Part shown: one piece after another, positions 34,239-42,057 of the stretch
Layout: each line of letters begins with the position of its first letter
How positions within the stretch are numbered: the first letter of the stretch is position 1
Assembly: GCA_029858305.1 (NCBI GenBank)
Contig: JAOUFI010000002.1
Coordinates: forward strand, 1 to 64,000
DNA length: 64,000 nucleotides
Direction of reading: 5' to 3'
Origin: Candidatus Thorarchaeota archaeon
GTDB taxonomy: Archaea > Asgardarchaeota > Thorarchaeia > Thorarchaeales > Thorarchaeaceae
Program-made: the position numbers and the translations under genes
Notes under the pieces: generated by a model
The model's database searches: none
Told to the model about the DNA's origin: nothing
The model's input: only the letters and a program-made list of their open reading frames with translations

Positions 34239-34337
34239 TTATCTCCTGAAATATGCCCAGGCAATCGCTTCAGTTGAGATTGTGGGCTTCGATTTGTTCA
34301 AGATGCGAGGAGTTGGATTGATGATTGTCGGGATCAT
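34239..34337 (-). CDS. Small peptide 4 (32 aa): MIPTIINPTPRILNKSKPTISTEAIAWAYFRR
   Basis: Manual translation, ATG to TAA. Shares the C-terminal motif with peptides 1 and 2. Its terminal AGGAGA forms an SD-like site for the MFS gene. Confidence 0.8.
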   Translation of the reverse strand: MIPTIINPTPRILNKSKPTISTEAIAWAYFRR

Positions 34338-34341
34338 ATTT

Positions 34342-34455
34342 TCAACTCCGAAATTGGATATTATTGAAAATGAAGGAGTCCTTCGATTGAACTTGGACTG
34401 ACCTGTTTTCCTTCGTGACGGAAAGAATGATTGAATTATTTGTTAGCTTCATCAT
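34342..34455 (-). CDS. Small peptide 3 (37 aa, divergent): MMKLTNNSIILSVTKENRSVQVQSKDSFIFNNIQFRS
   Basis: Manual translation. GAGATGTGA lies upstream. N-terminal MKLTNN resembles MALTTNN, and SKDSFIFNNIQFRS aligns without gaps to STDALTYAYLTFKR. Ends 4 nt before peptide 4. Confidence 0.6.
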   Translation of the reverse strand: MMKLTNNSIILSVTKENRSVQVQSKDSFIFNNIQFRS

Positions 34456-34603
34456 TGTTCACATCTCGTTATACGGTGGTCACAGGTAATGCGGTTTCTG
34501 AGACTAACTGACCATTCTTATGACCACTAGGTGACCATCGACTGACAAGGTCGGGATCAGAAAGGAGCCAGAAGGTCTGTCGCTCAGAGGTTATCAATAG
34601 GAT
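34456..34603 (-). promoter_or_regulatory. Structured/repeat-containing spacer between peptides 2 and 3
   Basis: Plus-strand TGAC(C/A)A at 34509, 34521, 34532 and 34543, with inverted TGGTCA at 34477. A minus-strand hairpin at 34565-34585 is followed by CUUUCU. Confidence 0.45.
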
Positions 34604-34705
34604 CTACCTCTTGAAAGTCAAGTAAGCATAGGTCAGAGCATCTGTTGAGAGAGTCTTGTTTTGCTTGTACTTCTGAAGGATTCGGTAGTTTGTTGCTAGA
34701 GCCAT
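34604..34705 (-). CDS. Small peptide 2 (33 aa): MALATNYRILQKYKQNKTLSTDALTYAYLTFKR
   Basis: Manual translation, ATG to TAG. AGGAGGT from the end of peptide 1 lies just upstream. Paralogous to peptide 1. Confidence 0.82.
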   Translation of the reverse strand: MALATNYRILQKYKQNKTLSTDALTYAYLTFKR

Positions 34706-34712
34706 AGTTGTT

Positions 34713-34814
34713 TTACCTCCTGTAGAGATATGCGTATGCTACAGCCTCGGTGGAGAGGGGATTGCGATCGTGCTTGTGCACGCGTTCAGTTCGGTTGTTA
34801 GTTGTCAGAGCCAT
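34713..34814 (-). CDS. Small peptide 1 (33 aa): MALTTNNRTERVHKHDRNPLSTEAVAYAYLYRR
   Basis: Manual translation, ATG to TAA, about 30 nt downstream of a TATA box. Confidence 0.82.
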   Translation of the reverse strand: MALTTNNRTERVHKHDRNPLSTEAVAYAYLYRR

Positions 34815-34844
34815 AATAGTTCACAAGAAATACTGCTCAGAATT

Positions 34845-34901
34845 AGTATATATAGCGAAGCCACTTCTGAGGGACACAAGATGAAGTCACAAGATGTGAC
34901 T
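34845..34901 (-). promoter_or_regulatory. TATA box for the peptide-MFS operon and an upstream palindrome
   Basis: Minus-strand CTATATATAC at about 34846-34855. AGTCAC-aagat-GTGACT inverted repeat at 34885-34901. CACAAGA occurs three times between 34822 and 34894. Confidence 0.55.
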
Positions 34902-34969
34902 ATCTCTAGAGCGCGCTAATATCTTCGGAGGTCATACTTTATACCGGATGATTCTGAGAGGATCTAGAA

Positions 34970-35470
34970 ATGAACGAGTATGCAGTGCTTGTTAAACTTC
35001 TAACAAGAACAGGAACACCCATTGGAGCAAGCATTGAGGACATGCTCGATGCCCTTGGGCTCCCCGAAGAGCCAGGGCGGCACATTCTTTTCAAAAAATT
35101 AAGCGGCCTTCATACTAGACTCAAACCTATCGGTCTGTACATCAAACATAATCCAGTATCAGGAGTCTTCTACCTTGATACTTTAAATGATGCTGCTATT
35201 GCCCATGAAAACACTGCGCTGCCTGATAGACTAGCTGCGACACTTCTCATTGTCATCACACTTGCATACCAAGAGGGAGGATGGGTCAGCATTGACAGAG
35301 TACGAGAGTTCAGAAAGAAGGCTTTGCAGGGCGTTATGGTAGACCTTCGCGAACTTCAAAATCAGGGCTATGTCGAGATTGAGCAGGATAAGAAGCGAGT
35401 TAGGCTTGGAACTAGAGTGCCTTTTGAGATCGATTATGAGGCATTCTTCAAGGAACTTACAGAGAATTAG
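34970..35470 (+). CDS. Tandem winged-helix KITE-like protein (Nse1/Nse3/ScpB superfamily)
   Basis: Two WH-sized halves, with L..LGL...L.PIGLYI, LAATLLIVITL and L.EL..QGYVE...RLGTR..FEI (similar to the MAGE/Nse1 G.R..E C-terminus). About 2 kb from smc-kleisin on the same strand. Confidence 0.6.
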   Translation: MNEYAVLVKLLTRTGTPIGASIEDMLDALGLPEEPGRHILFKKLSGLHTRLKPIGLYIKHNPVSGVFYLDTLNDAAIAHENTALPDRLAATLLIVITLAYQEGGWVSIDRVREFRKKALQGVMVDLRELQNQGYVEIEQDKKRVRLGTRVPFEIDYEAFFKELTEN

Positions 35471-35542
35471 AGCTTCATAAAAAAGATGGTGGCTTCGTTA
35501 GTTTTATCAGTAGTCAACAGCGACTCATAATTGGTTAGAATT

Positions 35543-35902
35543 ATGTCCCACAGGCGTTCACTTCGATTTTCACAGTCGACCTGCCCAGTATGCGGGGGCA
35601 AAGAAGTCGCTCGAGATGACCTAAAAGGAGACCTTCTTTGCACCAACTGCGGACATATTGTTACCCGAACTGAGTCAAGATCTGTTGGTAAGTTCGACAT
35701 AGCTCAGCATCTTAAAAGAAACGGAAAGATGACTTTCCCAAGACTAAAGGAAGTTACCGGAGCCTCTGATGACAAGCTCTTTGGTGTTCTCTCCGGTATG
35801 GAGAGCATGGATCTCGTCACACAGCTAGCTGGACAATATTCCTTGACAAAGAAAGGGCAAAGATGGTACCGTCAGAGACTGGGTCAAGAATGGGGATACT
35901 GA
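35543..35902 (+). CDS. TFIIB-type Zn ribbon plus winged-helix protein
   Basis: CPVCG...D...GDLLCTNCG followed by a WH ending YSLTKKG. Confidence 0.75.
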   Translation: MSHRRSLRFSQSTCPVCGGKEVARDDLKGDLLCTNCGHIVTRTESRSVGKFDIAQHLKRNGKMTFPRLKEVTGASDDKLFGVLSGMESMDLVTQLAGQYSLTKKGQRWYRQRLGQEWGY

Positions 35903-36017
35903 AATAAGAGATGCATCCCCTCAACCTTAGTGGTAACTATATTTACATGCAATCCACAATTTTATTGTGCTAATTTTTACCGTTTGAAATAGATTTATTA
36001 AACTCTGTTTTGAGTAT

Positions 36018-36158
36018 CTAGTAGGGTTCGATTCGTTGAATTCTTAGTTCTTCAATCTCCCTCCTAACCACGCGATGTGCTGCGAGAGCAGTACCTTTGA
36101 TTTCGAATCGAATCCTTTCATTCTCTCTTTTCTGATTGTATTTTGTGTATTCGTTCAT
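36018..36158 (-). CDS. Possible 46-aa charged helical small protein MNEYTKYNQKRENERIRFEIKGTALAAHRVVRREIEELRIQRIEPY
   Basis: Manual translation in an AT-rich gap. Protein-like composition. Part of it is duplicated nearby. Confidence 0.35.
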   Translation of the reverse strand: MNEYTKYNQKRENERIRFEIKGTALAAHRVVRREIEELRIQRIEPY

Positions 36159-36292
36159 AAAAACCACAAATGAGTGTTTACTCAAAGTTAATTATTCCAA
36201 ATGTACCTAACTAAATGTTTAATATACGTTCGGATGGAAACTCTATTAGGGCTTGGAACAGAGAGCTTCAAACTCCCCTCCTAACCACGCGA
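36059..36292. repeat. 17-bp exact direct repeat CCCTCCTAACCACGCGA (36059-36075 and 36276-36292)
   Basis: Read directly. Similarity extends upstream to CTTCAA in both copies. Confidence 0.85.
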
Positions 36293-36400
36293 ATATTCCT
36301 ATATCCAAAACCCAAACCCAAAAAACTGGTGTCTGGATGGTTGTAGGAACCTACTTTCCCTAGATTTTTCTCTGAACCAGGCCCGTATTCCTTCTTAATT

Positions 36401-37558
36401 TTAAACCGTCTTCTTCGAGATAATCAAGTTTGGACCATCAATTTTGACGGGCATCTCAGGAGGCAAATCTAGAAGCCAATCCTCTAGCTCTTCAGGACTC
36501 TTGAACCGAAGTAGAATTCCCAATCTATCGAGTGGCAGGGTCTCATAACGGGTCATGATTTTCTTCATCTGAACCATTCGGAACGCTTCCAGTTCTGCTT
36601 TGGCTTCTTCCGCTAACTCCTTTGTTTTATCAAACCACGGACTATCACGTTCGAACTCCCATATTTCAACGAGCCCCTCCATCGAACCTGTAACGACATA
36701 TCTCTCATCAGGGGAAACAACCAACGCATGAACATTCTCAGTGTGTGTAACATCAGCTATGAGCACACCGCCGCGGAGAACCCAAACTCGGACTGTACCA
36801 TCTGATGAACCAGTAATAAAATGCTGACCATCATTCGTAATGTGAATCGAGAGAATTGGAGCTCGATGACCTGTCATAGTTTTGAGTAGCGTGCCGGTTT
36901 CAAGATCCCACAGGTACACAGTGCCATCCTGATCACCTGTGAGAATATAGCGAGAATCAGCAGTCATAGACAAAGCTGTCACATGACCTTTATGCCCCTT
37001 AAGGGTTCTAAGGAGTACACCCAGCTCGAAGTCCCAGATCCAGGCGATACCAGGATCTCTGTTACCTGGCACTCGTTTGCTCCCTGAAATTAAGTACCGT
37101 CCATCAGGACTGACAAGCATCGAATATATGCCGCGTTCATGATCTGATGTGCGAAGAAGAATCCCTCGATCAACATCCCAGTATCTTGCTAGTCCATCAT
37201 CTCCTCCAGTGACAATATACCTCTGATCAGGACTGATAGCTATTGCTGTGACATGAACAGAGTTTGGCGCGAGCGATCTGATTAACTCATGATTCTCCAA
37301 ATCCCAGATCTTAACAGCGAGGTCCTTGTCAGCAATGGAAACAAGACGTTTTCCATCGGGCATCACAGCAAGGCTGTATACAGGCCCGTTATGGCCTAGG
37401 AATTTATGAATCTCTTTTCCTGATGCAAAATCCCAAAGACGAATACTTGTATCCTGACCACCCGATATTATTGTCTGACCATCTGGCGTTATAGCTAAAG
37501 ACCAAACCGTGAACTCGTGCCCTTCCATTTGACAACTAGGTGTCATCTCATTAACCAA
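36401..37558 (-). CDS. WD40 beta-propeller protein with C-terminal PCI-like winged helix
   Basis: About seven GH...WD repeats, then a helical linker and LDRLGILLRFKS.EELEDWLLDL. Confidence 0.88.
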   Translation of the reverse strand: MVNEMTPSCQMEGHEFTVWSLAITPDGQTIISGGQDTSIRLWDFASGKEIHKFLGHNGPVYSLAVMPDGKRLVSIADKDLAVKIWDLENHELIRSLAPNSVHVTAIAISPDQRYIVTGGDDGLARYWDVDRGILLRTSDHERGIYSMLVSPDGRYLISGSKRVPGNRDPGIAWIWDFELGVLLRTLKGHKGHVTALSMTADSRYILTGDQDGTVYLWDLETGTLLKTMTGHRAPILSIHITNDGQHFITGSSDGTVRVWVLRGGVLIADVTHTENVHALVVSPDERYVVTGSMEGLVEIWEFERDSPWFDKTKELAEEAKAELEAFRMVQMKKIMTRYETLPLDRLGILLRFKSPEELEDWLLDLPPEMPVKIDGPNLIISKKTV

Positions 37559-37637
37559 ATATATTCTCCCTCAGCGCAGCTTGTGACCTTCTTAATAGAA
37601 TGAATGAACAAAAGTTTGTCGTTTCCTCGGAGGATAT

Positions 37638-37674
37638 AAGAAAAAGAGAGGGACGGTGGCAGATTGTGCCACCG
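37638..37674 (-). terminator. Hairpin plus U-rich tract after hppA
   Basis: Minus strand CGGTGGCA-caatc-TGCCACCG followed by tccctctctttttctt. Confidence 0.7.
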
Positions 37675-37693
37675 CATCAATAATGCATTCGGA

Positions 37694-40090
37694 CTAGACG
37701 ACTTCAGTGTGCACTTTTTGTTCCATGCCGAAGTCAGCTGGCTTCATACTCTTACGAAGTGCCCAGAGTGTTACAGCAAACAGTATGATGAGAGCAAAAA
37801 CAGCAACGTAGGTCATTGTTGCAGATACTGTTGTTTCTAGCATGACCAGAAGTGGAGCCAAAATCAAAGCCAAGAGATTGACTACTTTGATCATAGGATT
37901 AAGAGCTGGCCCTGCAGTGTCCTTGAGAGGATCACCTACGGTATCCCCAACAACACCACACTTGTGACGTTCTGAGCCCTTTCCAGTATTGCCTGCTGGG
38001 TTCCTAGGCTCATCCTCGATAGCCTTCTTTGCATTGTCCCAAGCACCACCAGTATTGGACATGTACACTGCTAGGAGCTGACCCGATACGATGATACCTC
38101 CGAGGAAACCTCCGAGTGCGGCTACACCAAACAAGATACCAACAATGAGAGGTATCGAAACGGTAATTGCAGCCAAGGAGATAAGTTCCTTCTGAGCCGC
38201 AGTAGTCGAGATATCTACAGCTCTATCATAGTCAGGCTTGACAGTGCCTTCAAGAATACCAGGTATTCTGAATTGTCTGCGAACCTCTATGACCATTTGA
38301 CCAGCGGCTCTTGTAACAGCCTTGATATTGACTGCGGAGAATAACCATGGTAGGGCGGCACCTAGCAGAAGCCCGGAGAATACTCTTGGGTCATCAAGGA
38401 ATAGGTGTTCCAAACCAAGTGGTTGAAGAGCTACGACGACAAAGCTATCGAAGAGACTAACAGCAGCAATCACTGCTGAAGCAATAGCTACTCCCTTGGT
38501 AATCGCTTTGGTAGTATTTCCAACTGCATCAAGTTCAGCCATGACCTTCTGTGACTCCTTATCGAAGTCACCAGGAGAGAGCTCACCAATACCTGCAGCA
38601 TTATCACTGATAGGACCGTATGAATCCATAGCAACATTATTGCCTGTGTGTGATAACATTCCAATACCAATCAATGCAATACCGTAAAGTGTCCATAGAT
38701 TGCCCTCAACTCCGACAACGAAGAAGGGAGCAAATATAGCAGCTACTCCTGGGAGGAATAAGACTGTAGCAATACCAAAGGTTGAAACTATTACGACTAG
38801 TGCAGCAACTGTTGATTCATAGCCAGCAACAACACCGGAGAGAATGAAAGTTGCTGTACCAGTGTCAGCAGATTTGACAATCTCCTGAACTGGAGGTTTT
38901 CTAAGGGATGTGAAGTAACTTGTAATTGGATTGAATGAAACAGCTAGCATTACACCGACCGCAATAAGAATCCCGAACCTGAGGTCTCCAACATAGAACC
39001 ATGATAATATCAGGGTCAGGCAGATTGTAAAGATGCTGGAAGCTTCATAGGAGAGGAACATTGCTTTTTCAGCATAAACTGCTCGTTTCTTCAACAGTCT
39101 TGGCCAGACTGGGACCATTACGGTTCCGATCATTGATGATATCACACCTACAGCTCTGACGAAGAGTGGAAAAACAACAACTGCAAGTGCTCCACCAGGA
39201 AGCATTGGAAAGACGCCATCAACTGTTTCAAGATACAATACAATAGCAAGGATGAGGGATGACACAATGGTTACTTCGTATGACTCAAAAATGTCAGCAG
39301 CCATACCAGCACAGTCGCCTACATTGTCTCCAACGAGGTCTGCAATAACCGCAGCATTTCTTGGGTCATCTTCAGGAAGCCCCTGCTCAACTTTACCAAC
39401 AAGATCTGCTCCAACATCGGCGGCCTTTGTGTAAATACCACCACCAACTCTCATGAAGAGAGCAAGAAGCGTACCACCCAGACCAAAGCCGAGAAGCGCA
39501 TCAGGCGCTGCAATTCCGTAGATGATGAAAATGATAGTACCACCTAACAGACCAAGTCCATCAGTCAGCATTCCTGTAAAAGTACCACCTCGATAGGATA
39601 TCGTTAGGGCTCTATTGTACCTGTTTTCTCCTTCACGTGTAGCTTGTGCAACTCGAATGTTGGACTCGACAGCAATACGCATGCCAAGTTGACCGACAAT
39701 CAGTGAGAAGCTTGCACCAAGAATAAAGGCTAACGAACGACCAACGCCGACAATTATGCGGCCGGCCGCTGTATCACCGAATAAGACTTCAGTACCTCTT
39801 TCTGGTGTTGTTATGTAAACGGTGAAAAAGAGAAGGATAGATAGCACAATCAATATCGGAACAATGGTCTTCAATTGCCTGTGCAAATATGACAATGCAC
39901 CTTCTCTTATGCCGTTCCAAACTCTCTGCATCTGCTCAGTACCTTTGTCCTGTGACAGAACACCTTTCCTGAGCCACCAAGCGTACACGAGACTTACGAT
40001 TGCTGCTGCGATAACTGTCAGTATCATTAACTGCTCAATCAACAGCATTCCTGCGAATGTCTCGAATAACTGCATTTTATCGTTCACCAT
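37694..40090 (-). CDS. hppA: Membrane-bound pyrophosphatase, K+-independent type
   Basis: GGGIYTKAADVGADLVGKVE, DNVGDCAG, GGAWDNAKK and GDTVGDPLKD. GNTTKA carries the Lys diagnostic of K+-independent H+-PPases. Confidence 0.95.
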   Translation of the reverse strand: MVNDKMQLFETFAGMLLIEQLMILTVIAAAIVSLVYAWWLRKGVLSQDKGTEQMQRVWNGIREGALSYLHRQLKTIVPILIVLSILLFFTVYITTPERGTEVLFGDTAAGRIIVGVGRSLAFILGASFSLIVGQLGMRIAVESNIRVAQATREGENRYNRALTISYRGGTFTGMLTDGLGLLGGTIIFIIYGIAAPDALLGFGLGGTLLALFMRVGGGIYTKAADVGADLVGKVEQGLPEDDPRNAAVIADLVGDNVGDCAGMAADIFESYEVTIVSSLILAIVLYLETVDGVFPMLPGGALAVVVFPLFVRAVGVISSMIGTVMVPVWPRLLKKRAVYAEKAMFLSYEASSIFTICLTLILSWFYVGDLRFGILIAVGVMLAVSFNPITSYFTSLRKPPVQEIVKSADTGTATFILSGVVAGYESTVAALVVIVSTFGIATVLFLPGVAAIFAPFFVVGVEGNLWTLYGIALIGIGMLSHTGNNVAMDSYGPISDNAAGIGELSPGDFDKESQKVMAELDAVGNTTKAITKGVAIASAVIAAVSLFDSFVVVALQPLGLEHLFLDDPRVFSGLLLGAALPWLFSAVNIKAVTRAAGQMVIEVRRQFRIPGILEGTVKPDYDRAVDISTTAAQKELISLAAITVSIPLIVGILFGVAALGGFLGGIIVSGQLLAVYMSNTGGAWDNAKKAIEDEPRNPAGNTGKGSERHKCGVVGDTVGDPLKDTAGPALNPMIKVVNLLALILAPLLVMLETTVSATMTYVAVFALIILFAVTLWALRKSMKPADFGMEQKVHTEVV

Positions 40091-40786
40091 CCCGTCTATC
40101 TGGATGCTAGTGACTTTGAAGCATCATGACGCATGCCTAGATACCGGTATGAATTTAGGGAGTGGCGAAAAAAAGTGACTCTTAAGGGTATCCTTCAAGC
40201 ACATATTATACAGACACTACACAAAACTTCTAGCCTGCAGTTTTGTTGAATCATTCAACTCCCAGAATCTTGCGATTCTCAGAAATGTCTTCATAGCTTT
40301 TTCACTCTGCACCAAGCCGACCTCGAATTAAGGCTGTCTAATCCCACTATTTGTTCATTAATTGCGTGCAGCTGTAGAAGAGGAGATAAGCATCCAATGT
40401 GATGTCAATGAATAGTGCATTTGGTGAACAAACATCAAGATGTCATCTGATGCATTGTTCTTGTTAAGAATGTGGGATTTTTATGATACAATGTCGCAGA
40501 TGTAAAAAGAAGATTAAAGGAGAACCAACCTATGTAGGTTCTTCACGCCGACCCTACTGCAAGGCTTGCGCAGGAAAAGTAACTGAATAGTCCAGCTATT
40601 AATAAATTAATAAATGGAAGAAACAGGTGTTCGAGGAATCCTTAACACCTTCTGATTTATTACCAAGTTATGGTTGATTCGAAGGAAAACCAAAGGAATT
40701 GAAGACACCTGTCCATATTGATGATGCTTTGAGAAAGAAGTAACAAGGATACAAGAAGGACTGAGTGAAGAGTCCGAGGGAGTTGG

Positions 40787-41854
40787 ATGTCTATTATAGT
40801 ATCGGTAAAAGCTGAACACATACTTACGCACCTTGCTGGTGATGATTTTGTTACCGCGTATGGCAAAGAGCCTACAATGAGACATCATGTGATTGTGAAG
40901 ATAGCATCTGAGAGTGGAGAAATCGGATTCGGAGAAGCATGCCCGCTCCCCTTTACAAAAGATGATGACCCCGTTCGAATAAAAAGCGAGATTGATGACC
41001 AACTGGCTTTGTATCTCATTGGGAAGGATGCACTTAATCAAGAAGTCTACCGCGACTTGACTGAAATATTTCCAAATGTCAGCGGAACTGCAAGAACAGG
41101 AGTCGATCTTGCGCTGTATGATTTGGCAGGAAAAATACAATGTGTACCAGCGTACCAACTCCTTGGAGGATTATATCGGGATCATGTTGAGGTCGCCGAG
41201 GCGATTGGAATAGGTTCCCCAGAATCAGTTGCCAATGAAGCCATAAAACAGGTAAGTCTAGGAATAAAAACAGTCAAGGTAAAAGTTGGATTGGATGTTG
41301 AACGAGATATCAAAATGTTGAGTCTTTTGAGGGATACTGTGGGAGATACCATGAAGATTCGAGCAGATGCCAACACCGGATATTCATTTCAGCAAGCCGT
41401 CAGAGTGCTTAGAGAGGCAGAAAAAATTGGAATTGAGTATATGGAGCAGCCTCTAGCTGTTGATGATTATAATGGACTCCGCCAACTGAGGAAATCGAGC
41501 AACGTTCCCATAATGGTTGACGAGTCCTTGTATACATTTGAAGATGCAAATAAACTAGTTCAAAACAAAGCAGCAGACATGTTCGGATTGAAGCTGATGA
41601 AGCATGGTGGAATTTACCAGTCGAAACGAATTTCTATGCTTGCTGAAGAGAATGGTATTGAATGCGTTTTCATTAGTCCCTGGGAAACTCAAATTGGAAT
41701 AGCAGCTGCAGTACATTTGATTTTATCAGGTGCAAATTTTAATCTCGCTCATGAGATTGGTCCAGGAGCCTTAAAGGATGATCCATTCAAAGGGCTTGTG
41801 TATAGTAGAGGTAGATATCTTCCTACACACAACCCCGGATTCGGAATAGAATAG
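40787..41854 (+). CDS. Enolase-superfamily MLE-subgroup enzyme (dipeptide epimerase-like)
   Basis: DLALYDL.GK, KVKVG, DAN, EQP, VDES and K.MKHGG. Confidence 0.85.
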   Translation: MSIIVSVKAEHILTHLAGDDFVTAYGKEPTMRHHVIVKIASESGEIGFGEACPLPFTKDDDPVRIKSEIDDQLALYLIGKDALNQEVYRDLTEIFPNVSGTARTGVDLALYDLAGKIQCVPAYQLLGGLYRDHVEVAEAIGIGSPESVANEAIKQVSLGIKTVKVKVGLDVERDIKMLSLLRDTVGDTMKIRADANTGYSFQQAVRVLREAEKIGIEYMEQPLAVDDYNGLRQLRKSSNVPIMVDESLYTFEDANKLVQNKAADMFGLKLMKHGGIYQSKRISMLAEENGIECVFISPWETQIGIAAAVHLILSGANFNLAHEIGPGALKDDPFKGLVYSRGRYLPTHNPGFGIE

Positions 41855-41966
41855 CGACAGAAAAGATGGTGGGTGATGCGAGATTTGTTCTGTGAGAATT
41901 CCCTATTTGTTTGAACGCGCAATCTCATAGAAAAGCCGGTAGACGGATGAGTTTAGTTAATCATCA

Positions 41967-42011
41967 TGTATACTATTTGTATACAAAAAGCATACAAAAG
42001 ACCTATATAAA
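41967..42011 (+). promoter_or_regulatory. Palindromic operator and BRE/TATA upstream of the serine hydrolase gene
   Basis: TGTATAC-tattt-GTATACA at 41967-41985, then AAAAG..CTATATAAA. Confidence 0.55.
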
Positions 42012-42057
42012 GGCCTCCTGCTCATATTACTTAAAATCCATGGTAGCATAGATAAAA

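Noticed and set aside
34159-34401. 80-aa plus-strand ORF in the track
   Set aside because: It is antisense to peptides 3 and 4 and the MFS start. The minus-strand reading shows conserved paralogy, while this one shows none.
34477-34548. CRISPR or mini-array interpretation of the TGACCA repeats
   Set aside because: The repeats are 6 bp with 5-6 bp spacers, and no cas genes are present in the window.
28787-35470. Wadjet/MksBEFG anti-plasmid system
   Set aside because: No JetD/MksG Toprim nuclease is seen, gene order differs, and the SMC motifs look Smc5/6-like.
36059-36292. CRISPR or IS-end interpretation of the 17-bp repeat
   Set aside because: Only two direct copies about 200 bp apart, with no transposase or inverted termini.
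40180-40786. Possible pseudogene or ncRNA in the long gap after hppA, including track ORFs 40607-41158 and 40660-40866
   Set aside because: Only short interrupted frames and one small palindrome (AACCTA-tg-TAGGTT); nothing I can assign. The track ORFs are antisense shadows.
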